Source: an uncultured Burkholderiaceae bacterium (GTDB taxonomy: Bacteria > Pseudomonadota > Gammaproteobacteria > Burkholderiales > Burkholderiaceae_A). From it: 63,767 nucleotides of DNA. Made by a program: the position numbers and the translations under genes. Shown here one piece after another: positions 56,952-63,767 of the stretch (its first letter is position 1; each line of letters begins with the position of its first letter). The stretch is taken from the NCBI GenBank assembly GCA_964442225.1, contig CAYTWR010000008.1, positions 1-63,767 of the forward strand, written 5' to 3'. The notes below the pieces were generated by a model. The model worked only from the letters and a program-made list of their open reading frames with translations. It was not told the origin of the DNA and ran no database searches.

Positions 56952-57821
56952 ATGACGACTCAAACCATGAACATCGTTAATCGCTCCGCCACCACGGCGC
57001 CGATGCCCGTTGCATCGAACCCGGATATTGCGGTGGCCAAGCTGATCGATGAATCCAAGTGCATAGGCTGCAAGGCTTGCCAAGTCGCCTGTATGCAATG
57101 GAACGACAACCGTGACGAGATTGGAAACAATGTCGGCGTTTACGACAACCCTTCTGATCTCACCACCAAGTCCTGGACCGTGATGCGCTTTAACGAAGTC
57201 GAGCGTGCCGATGGCGGCATAGACTGGCTGATTCGCAAAGATGGCTGTATGCACTGCGAAGACCCAGGCTGCCTGAAGGCTTGCCCGGCGCCAGGTGCAA
57301 TTGTTAAATACGAAAACGGCATTGTGGATTTCGTGAAAGACAACTGCATTGGCTGCGGCTACTGCGTTGCGGGTTGCCCCTTTAACATTCCACGCATCAG
57401 CAAGGAAGATCACAAGGCCTACAAGTGCTCTTTGTGCTCGGATCGCGTTGCAGTGGGCGAGGGTGCGGCCTGTGCCAAGGCGTGCCCCACGCAGGCGATT
57501 CGCTTCGGCAAGAAAAAAGACCTTGTTCAGTGGGCCGACCAGCGTGTGAAGGACCTGAAAGAGCGTGGCTATCAGCATGCGGCGCTGTACAACCCGCAAG
57601 GCGTTGGAGGAACGCACGTGATGTATGTGCTGCGTCACGGCGATAAGCCTGAAGCCTACAACGACCTGCCTGCCGATCCGACCATTAGCAAGACCGTTGG
57701 CGTGTGGAAGGGCATGACCAAGACCGTGTTGGCCTGGGGTATGGGCGCTGCCGTGTTGTTTGGCATCGCGCACTACTTCATCAAGGGGCCGAAGGTCGTT
57801 GAAGAAGAGAAGGAGGTTTAG
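56952..57821 (+). CDS. fdnH: Formate dehydrogenase beta (Fe-S) subunit
   Basis: [42 protein letters not shown]; C-terminal TM helix. Confidence 0.95.
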   Translation: MTTQTMNIVNRSATTAPMPVASNPDIAVAKLIDESKCIGCKACQVACMQWNDNRDEIGNNVGVYDNPSDLTTKSWTVMRFNEVERADGGIDWLIRKDGCMHCEDPGCLKACPAPGAIVKYENGIVDFVKDNCIGCGYCVAGCPFNIPRISKEDHKAYKCSLCSDRVAVGEGAACAKACPTQAIRFGKKKDLVQWADQRVKDLKERGYQHAALYNPQGVGGTHVMYVLRHGDKPEAYNDLPADPTISKTVGVWKGMTKTVLAWGMGAAVLFGIAHYFIKGPKVVEEEKEV

Positions 57822-57823
57822 CC

Positions 57824-58447
57824 ATGAGCCAACAGTCAGCGGAAATTCAGCGCTATAAAACCAATGAGCGCTGGAACCATTGGTTTACTGCCATTTTGTT
57901 TGTGCTCTTGGCAGCTTCGGGTCTGGCGTTTTTCCATCCCTTCTTTTGGCCGTTGTCTAGTGTGCTGGGTGGCGGGGAGCTTTCCCGCTTCCTGCATCCG
58001 ATCCTGGGCGTGCTCATGTTCTTGTCGTTTTTCATCTTCGCAATTCAGAAGTGGGGCGACAACATCATGAAATCTTACGACTGGGCCTGGATGCGCCGTT
58101 TCGGCGATGTGCTCAACAACAAGGATCACGACATGCCCGAGATCGGCAAGTACAACGCCGCTCAAAAGCTGATGTTCTGGGTCACCTTGATTGCCATGGT
58201 CGCTTTGTTGGGAAGCGGCCTTGTGATCTGGCGCCAGTTTTTCTCGCACCTGTTCTCGATCGAGGTCTTGCGTGCGATGGCGTTGTTGCATGCCGTATCC
58301 GGGGTTGTGCTGATTGTCACGATCATCGTGCACATTTATGCTGCAATCTGGGTAAAGGGAACGATCAGCGCCATGACCAAGGGAACGGTCTCCAAAGCCT
58401 GGGCGAAGCATCACCATCCGCTTTGGTACCGCTCGCAGGAAAAATAA
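57824..58447 (+). CDS. fdnI: Formate dehydrogenase gamma (cytochrome b556) subunit
   Basis: ERWNHW, GKYNAAQK, VHIYAA, WAKHHHPLW. Confidence 0.95.
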   Translation: MSQQSAEIQRYKTNERWNHWFTAILFVLLAASGLAFFHPFFWPLSSVLGGGELSRFLHPILGVLMFLSFFIFAIQKWGDNIMKSYDWAWMRRFGDVLNNKDHDMPEIGKYNAAQKLMFWVTLIAMVALLGSGLVIWRQFFSHLFSIEVLRAMALLHAVSGVVLIVTIIVHIYAAIWVKGTISAMTKGTVSKAWAKHHHPLWYRSQEK

Positions 58448-58484
58448 AAAGCGTAATCCCTTAAGGAAGAGCAGTAGGAGACTG

Positions 58485-58515
58485 CCGGCCCCCTCACCCG
58501 GGGCCGGTTTTTATT
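58485..58515 (+). terminator. Rho-independent terminator after fdnI
   Basis: CCGGCCCC-loop-GGGGCCGG-TTTTT. Confidence 0.7.
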
Positions 58516-58531
58516 TGAAAAAGGAGTGTTC

Positions 58532-59473
58532 ATGCCCACGACCATCATTACTGACGGTTCGATGGATAAGCTGGTGGAGGCGCCCCCGGTGGTGCTTCCC
58601 GGTCGTTCCTTGTTTAGCGATCGTGCCGCGCGTTTCGACGCGCTTGGCAGTTCTGAAATGCTTGGCGGCTATATGCGTTTAATGGCCCATGTCTGCCGTG
58701 GCCAGGCCAAGGCCTACATAGCCCGCGCGCCCCAAGTGATCGATGCAAAAGCATTGGAAAGCAGCCGCAACTACGGCATGCCGCCGTTATCGGCCCATGT
58801 CTTTCCCCGAGGCAGTGCCTGGCACGCCGATCTGCGTGATCTGTTGGCCCATGTGTCACAGCAAGAAGCCGTGCTGACCACTGAATTGAAATCGAGCCTG
58901 GCATCGCTTCAAAGCGCACTCGATAACCATGCAGAATTAGTCGAATCTTGCGCCGATCGTTTGATCGCGGGCGACCCTTTGCCCGAAGATGGCGCTTGGT
59001 ACCCTTTTGTGGGCGCAGCCTTGCAGGTCTTTTTTGCGCGCATGGCTGCCTCGTTGGAAGTGGCCGATGTGAGCGCCTGTGACATTGCCACGGTCTGCCC
59101 CTGTTGCGGCCTGCGGCCCACGGGCAGCGTGATCCGCCTAGATCCCGAGCGTCAGAATTATCGCTACCTGGCCTGTGCCCTGTGCCAGACTGAATGGAAT
59201 ATGAGCCGGGTGAAGTGCACGTCGTGTGAGTCAGAAAAAGGCGTGGGGTATTTGATCATCGATGAAGAAGGACGCTCCGCTTCCGATGCAGCGGTTCGTG
59301 CTGAAACCTGCGATGAATGCAAGACCTATCTGAAAATTTTCGTGCAAGAAAAAGAGCCGACGATTGATGTGATTGCCGATGACCTCAATACGCTGGCCCT
59401 TGACATGCTGGTGCACGAAAAAGGCTACGCGCGAACGGGCCCGAATTTCCTGTTTTATCCGGGGCACGAGTAG
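58532..59473 (+). CDS. fdhE: Formate dehydrogenase maturation protein
   Basis: F..RAARF, CPCCG, RYLACALCQTEW, CTSC, CDECKTYLK, ADDL. Confidence 0.93.
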   Translation: MPTTIITDGSMDKLVEAPPVVLPGRSLFSDRAARFDALGSSEMLGGYMRLMAHVCRGQAKAYIARAPQVIDAKALESSRNYGMPPLSAHVFPRGSAWHADLRDLLAHVSQQEAVLTTELKSSLASLQSALDNHAELVESCADRLIAGDPLPEDGAWYPFVGAALQVFFARMAASLEVADVSACDIATVCPCCGLRPTGSVIRLDPERQNYRYLACALCQTEWNMSRVKCTSCESEKGVGYLIIDEEGRSASDAAVRAETCDECKTYLKIFVQEKEPTIDVIADDLNTLALDMLVHEKGYARTGPNFLFYPGHE

Positions 59474-59475
59474 CC

Positions 59476-60891
59476 ATGAGTAAAACGATTCTGCCCGGTC
59501 CGGGTGAATCCCAAGAATCCAACAAAACTCTTCACCTTCCGTCGGTGGATCGGCTCATGGGCCAGGCCGATCTTGTGGGGCTTGCCAACTCCCTGGGCCG
59601 CGCTTTAGTCAAGCGGGCCGTGGTCAAGGTTTTGGCCAGCTATCGCGCAAAGGCTTTATTGCCCGAGTCTGAAGAGGCGCTGATTGCGCAGGTGATTGCC
59701 GATGCGCAACAAGACGCGGCGCCTCGCATGCGCCGGGTGATCAATCTCACCGGAACGGTGATTCACACCAATCTTGGCCGGGCTGTGCTGGCCGACGAGG
59801 CCATTGCGGCTGTTGCGCAGGCCATGCGTTGCTACAACGCTTTGGAGTTTGATATTGCATCGGGCCAGCGTGGCGATCGCGATAGCGTTGTCGAAGCGTT
59901 GATCTGCCGCCTGACCGGTGCACAAGCCGCAACGATTGTGAATAATTGTGCGGCCGCGGTGCTGCTATCGCTCGTGGCCCTCGGGGCGCGCAAAGAAGTG
60001 CTGATCTCTCGTGGTGAGCAAATTGAAATCGGCGGCGCCTTTCGCATGCCCGATATCATGCGGGCCGCGAACTGTCGCTTGGTCGAGGTGGGCACGACTA
60101 ACCGCACGCACTTGCGCGACTATCGTGAGGCCATCACCGAAAAATCAGCCTTGATTGTGAAGGCTCATCGTTCCAATTATGCAGTCACTGGGTTTACTGC
60201 TGAAGTGGGCGATCAGGAGCTTGCCGACCTTGCCCATGAAAAAGGCCTGCTGTACATGGTTGATTTAGGCTCGGGGGCCTTAGTGGACATGAGCCGTTGG
60301 GGCTTGCCGCGCGAGCCCTTGCCATCCGACGCGCTTTCAAGGGGTGCGGATGTCGTGATGTTTTCGGGAGATAAGCTCTTGGGCGGCCCTCAGGCCGGAA
60401 TTATTGTGGGCAGCAAAGAGGCCATTGCACGCATTAAAAAGCACCCACTTAAACGGGCACTTCGTGTCTCCAAGATCGTGCTCTCGGCCTTGGAGGCGAC
60501 CTTGCGCATTTATGACTCTGAGCAGGGGCTTGACCAGCGACTGCCGGTGTTGTGGATGCTGTCGCGCCCACGCGCTGACATTTTGCAGGCCTGCGAACGC
60601 ATTGCGCCTGCACTTGCGAAAATTGCTGGCGATCAATTTCAGGCCGAAATCGTGGAGTGTGCAAGCCAAATCGGCAGCGGGGCCTTGCCCGAGGAGCGCC
60701 TGCCGTCTGCCGCCGTGCGGCTTGCCTTGGTTGCGGGCGCAAAACGATCTGGAAAGCTCTTAGATCAAACCTTAGCCAGGTTTCGCGAATTATCGGTGCC
60801 GGTGATCGGCCGCATTAAAGACGATGCCTTGATCTTCGATGCGCGCTGTTTGTTGCCTGAAGATGAGCAGTTTTTGCTAAAGCTCTCGTAA
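59476..60891 (+). CDS. selA: L-seryl-tRNA(Sec) selenium transferase
   Basis: INLTGTVIHTNLGRA, EIGGAFRMPD, EVGTTN, FSGDKLLGGPQAG. Confidence 0.96.
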   Translation: MSKTILPGPGESQESNKTLHLPSVDRLMGQADLVGLANSLGRALVKRAVVKVLASYRAKALLPESEEALIAQVIADAQQDAAPRMRRVINLTGTVIHTNLGRAVLADEAIAAVAQAMRCYNALEFDIASGQRGDRDSVVEALICRLTGAQAATIVNNCAAAVLLSLVALGARKEVLISRGEQIEIGGAFRMPDIMRAANCRLVEVGTTNRTHLRDYREAITEKSALIVKAHRSNYAVTGFTAEVGDQELADLAHEKGLLYMVDLGSGALVDMSRWGLPREPLPSDALSRGADVVMFSGDKLLGGPQAGIIVGSKEAIARIKKHPLKRALRVSKIVLSALEATLRIYDSEQGLDQRLPVLWMLSRPRADILQACERIAPALAKIAGDQFQAEIVECASQIGSGALPEERLPSAAVRLALVAGAKRSGKLLDQTLARFRELSVPVIGRIKDDALIFDARCLLPEDEQFLLKLS

Positions 60892-62780
60892 TGATTATTG
60901 GCACCGCAGGCCATATCGATCATGGCAAGACCTCGCTCATTGCCTGTTTAACGGGCAAGAACACCGATCGGTTGCCCGAAGAGAAACGGCGTGGCATTTC
61001 GATTGAGCTTGGCTACGCCTACCTTGCGGTGCCTGGCACCGAGTCGGTTCTTGGCTTTGTGGATGTGCCGGGCCATGAAAAGTTTGTACACGCCATGGTT
61101 AGCGGCGCAACCGGCATTGACTACGCCTTATTGGTCATTGCAGCCGATGATGGCCCCATGCCGCAAACGCGAGAGCACCTCGATATTTTGCGTCTTTTGG
61201 GCATTACCGAAGGCGCAATCGTGGTGACAAAAATTGACACGGTGGAGCCCGAGTTCTCGGCGCCGCTCATGCAAGATATTGCGCAGGCCGTGGCTTTTAG
61301 CCCGGCAGCCCGTTGGCCAGTGTTTCCTGTGTCATCTAAAACGGGCGAGGGCATAGAACTTTTGCGTGCGCATTTGTTTGAGAAATCGCGGGTTCAGCAC
61401 GCGCGAGAGTCGACAGGACATTTTCGATTAGCGGTCGATCGCGTGTTTACCTTGCCCGGCATTGGCACGGTGGTGACCGGCACGGCCCACTCGGGCAGGG
61501 TCACGCTGGGTGATGAGTTGATTGCTTTTCCATCGGGACGCAAAAGCCGGGTGCGCTCGATTCATGCCCAAGACCGCAACGCTGAGATCGGCCGGGCTGG
61601 GCAGCGGCTTGCGATTAATCTCGCAGGCTTGTCGCTCGAGGAGGTGCCTCGGGGCAGTTGGCTCAATGGTGAAGACCTTCAGAACACAAGTGCGCGTTTC
61701 GATGCCTTGATTCTGGCTTCTGAGTTTCATGATCGCGCGATTACGCAAGGTCTTGAAGTGCACTTGCACCATGGCACCGAGGATCTCATGGCCAGGCTCT
61801 ACCCGCTGGAGTCGGATCGTTTGTTGCCGGGACAAGAGGGCTTGGTCTCGGTGATTTGTTCGCGCAGCATCGCGGCTTGCACAGGAGACCCTTTGGTGGT
61901 GCGAGACAGCCAGGCCCAGACCACCCTGGGGGGCGGCGTAGTGCTTGATATTTTTCCGCCTAACCGAGCCAAACGATCACCGGCGCGTTTGCAAGCGCTG
62001 CGCGCAGTGAATCAGCGCGATGCAAATTCTTTGCATAGTTTGCTGCAGTTTGCGCCCATGCCCATTTCGCGGCTGTGCAATGGGTGGAATTTGCTTGCAG
62101 AGCAAGCGCAGGCCCTAAGCGCGGATTTTCCGGCCGCAGGCGGAACCTTGTTTTCTCCCGTGCTTTGGTCAGGGTTTCGCAATGCTGTGATTGAAACGGT
62201 CACGCAGACTCATGTGCGTGAGCCGGAAATGCCGGGCATTGAAATTAACCGTTGTCGCAGGGCGGCTTGTCCTCAACTAGAGGCGCAAGGCTTTGATGAG
62301 CTGGTGGACGCTTTGGTGAAAGAAGGCTTGCTGGAGCGTCAAGGCGTGTTCTTGAGGCGGCCCGGCCATAAGGCCGAGCTGAGCCCCGCCGAGCGCAACC
62401 TATGGAAAACCATTGCGCCGTTGTTGCTTGATAGCCCCTTTAATCCGCCTCGGGTTAGGGATATTGCCAAGCTCACGAACATCCCAGAAAACGAAATTCG
62501 TGCGAATCTAAAGCGGGTTGCCCGTGTGGGTGAGGTTACCCTGGTGGCGCCCGATCACTTCTTTGTGACAGAGCAAGTGGCAGCCATGGCCGATAAAGCG
62601 ACACAGATCGCACAGGCCGATGGTGTGGTGCGTGCAGCAGCGTTCAGAGATTCGATAGGGGGCGGTCGTAAGGTGGCAATACAGATTCTCGAATTTTTTG
62701 ATCGGGTGGGCTTTACACGCCGTCTGCGTGACGATCACCTGATTCGTCGAAAGAATCCTTGGCGTGAAAGCGTTGAGTAA
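60891..62780 (+). CDS. selB: Selenocysteine-specific elongation factor
   Basis: GTAGHIDHGKT, EEKRRGISIELG, DVPGHE, C-terminal winged helix GRKVAIQILEFFDR. Confidence 0.96.
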   Translation: MIIGTAGHIDHGKTSLIACLTGKNTDRLPEEKRRGISIELGYAYLAVPGTESVLGFVDVPGHEKFVHAMVSGATGIDYALLVIAADDGPMPQTREHLDILRLLGITEGAIVVTKIDTVEPEFSAPLMQDIAQAVAFSPAARWPVFPVSSKTGEGIELLRAHLFEKSRVQHARESTGHFRLAVDRVFTLPGIGTVVTGTAHSGRVTLGDELIAFPSGRKSRVRSIHAQDRNAEIGRAGQRLAINLAGLSLEEVPRGSWLNGEDLQNTSARFDALILASEFHDRAITQGLEVHLHHGTEDLMARLYPLESDRLLPGQEGLVSVICSRSIAACTGDPLVVRDSQAQTTLGGGVVLDIFPPNRAKRSPARLQALRAVNQRDANSLHSLLQFAPMPISRLCNGWNLLAEQAQALSADFPAAGGTLFSPVLWSGFRNAVIETVTQTHVREPEMPGIEINRCRRAACPQLEAQGFDELVDALVKEGLLERQGVFLRRPGHKAELSPAERNLWKTIAPLLLDSPFNPPRVRDIAKLTNIPENEIRANLKRVARVGEVTLVAPDHFFVTEQVAAMADKATQIAQADGVVRAAAFRDSIGGGRKVAIQILEFFDRVGFTRRLRDDHLIRRKNPWRESVE

Positions 62781-62791
62781 ACCGTTTTTTT

Positions 62792-62887
62792 GGAAGGGTG
62801 TCGCGGCCCGGTGGTCCGGTCAGACTTCAAATCTGGTAGGGGTTGCCAGCAATCCCTGGTGGGTTCGACTCCCATACCCTTCCGCCA
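62792..62887 (+). tRNA. selC: tRNA-Sec (anticodon TCA)
   Basis: GGAAGGGT/ACCCTTCC 8-bp acceptor stem, GACTTCAAATC anticodon loop, long variable arm, GGTTCGACTCC, GCCA end; 96 nt. Confidence 0.95.
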
Positions 62888-62906
62888 GTTTTCATGGAGG
62901 TAGCCG

Positions 62907-63389
62907 ATGAATATGGAAGAGTTCATCGATGGCTTGCCAGAGGATTACTGGTATTGCCCCCATAACGACACATGGCTGAAGCAGCAAGCCAACACCTGGG
63001 TGGTGGGGGCCAATGCTTTTGTGACCACGTTCGGGAAATTTATGGTGTTTTATCCCAAACCCGATGGCAGCGTCTTGGATCGCGGCGAGTCGCTGGGCGT
63101 CATGGAAACCTGGAAGACCGCTTTTGGAATTGCCGCGCCGTTTTCGTGCGCAATTCAATCGTCTAACGGATCAGTCGTAAAAGACATTAACCTGATCAAA
63201 GACTCGCCGTATGGCGCAGGCTGGCTGTTTGTGCTGCGGCCTACGGGTGAATTCGACCCCGCTGAATCTTTTTTACGCAAGTCACAGTATGTCGAGTGGC
63301 TCAATGGCCCCGGTAAAAAGCAGTTCGACCATTTGCTGCCCAAGCAGGATCCAAGCGAGCTGATCTACGATCCTTTGCGTGGTGTATGA
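62907..63389 (+). CDS. GcvH-like lipoyl-carrier protein
   Basis: LPEDYWY..W..VG..G....E-T-W-K-T (lipoyl Lys), N..PYGAGWL. Confidence 0.8.
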   Translation: MNMEEFIDGLPEDYWYCPHNDTWLKQQANTWVVGANAFVTTFGKFMVFYPKPDGSVLDRGESLGVMETWKTAFGIAAPFSCAIQSSNGSVVKDINLIKDSPYGAGWLFVLRPTGEFDPAESFLRKSQYVEWLNGPGKKQFDHLLPKQDPSELIYDPLRGV

Positions 63390-63766
63390 GCGCAGTTTCT
63401 CGAGTTGTCATTGTGATGTGGCAGGCTGACCCTTCTGCACCGGACAAAGCCGCGGCTCCGTTGATCTATGCAAGCTGCGCGCGCGCCCTTGATATGGAAG
63501 TGGAAATTCATCTCACTTCCAGTGCAGTGAAATGGGCCTTTGAAGGCGTGGCCGCAAATGCGTTTTCCGATTCCAAGGGCGAGTTTTCAATTCTTTCGCA
63601 TATTCAGCGCGCCCATGAGATGGGCGTAAAAATCTATCTGTGCGGTATGGCGCTTGCCGAGCACCACCGGGGCGAGCCGATGATTGCGGAAATTGCTGGC
63701 CAAACCGGTGCCACTGCAGTGATGGGCCAGCTTCAGCGTGAAGACACACGCGTGTTGGTGTTTTAA
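63386..63766 (+). CDS. DsrE/DsrF-like protein
   Basis: APLIYA..A.ALDMEVEI, A..GVKIYLC, GATA..VLVF; ATGA overlap with the GcvH-like gene. Confidence 0.75.
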   Translation: MSAVSRVVIVMWQADPSAPDKAAAPLIYASCARALDMEVEIHLTSSAVKWAFEGVAANAFSDSKGEFSILSHIQRAHEMGVKIYLCGMALAEHHRGEPMIAEIAGQTGATAVMGQLQREDTRVLVF

Positions 63767-63767
63767 A

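Noticed and set aside
56091-57773. 560-aa minus-strand ORF
   Set aside because: Antisense shadow of fdnG/fdnH; no recognisable motifs; such shadows are common in GC-rich coding DNA
62735-62926. Short minus-strand ORFs over tRNA genes (also 17550-17732)
   Set aside because: Antisense translations of tRNA-Sec and tRNA-Leu

Overview
Dense, almost fully coding 63.8-kb chromosomal segment. Gene content suggests a Burkholderiales-type betaproteobacterium (inference). From left to right it carries: a TPP-riboswitch-controlled thiamine operon (thiD-C-O-S-G-E); an ActP-like solute symporter/DUF4212/CBS-DUF294 group; a Mrp/Pha cation:H+ antiporter operon; tRNA-Leu(TAA); an unusual divergent periplasmic redox cluster (stand-alone PufC tetraheme cytochrome opposite a Tat metallophosphoesterase, a SoxA/TsdA-like His/Cys monoheme cytochrome, a DUF1566 protein and HiPIP); a red-type (form IC) RuBisCO cbb operon; soxR-soxCDYZAXB; housekeeping genes (tesA, ybbA, purL, ABC-F); Moco genes; a multicopper oxidase plus FccB-type flavoprotein; a selenocysteine FDH-N/O operon with fdhE-selA-selB-selC; and a GcvH-like/DsrE pair at the right edge. 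The best candidate for an undescribed system is the 17.7-22.0 kb pufC/metallophosphoesterase/His-Cys cytochrome/HiPIP module. A CGTC-type palindromic repeat family has also inserted in frame into thiD and purL. I saw no integrase, transposase or CRISPR array. All calls come from motif recognition by eye; no database searches were run.
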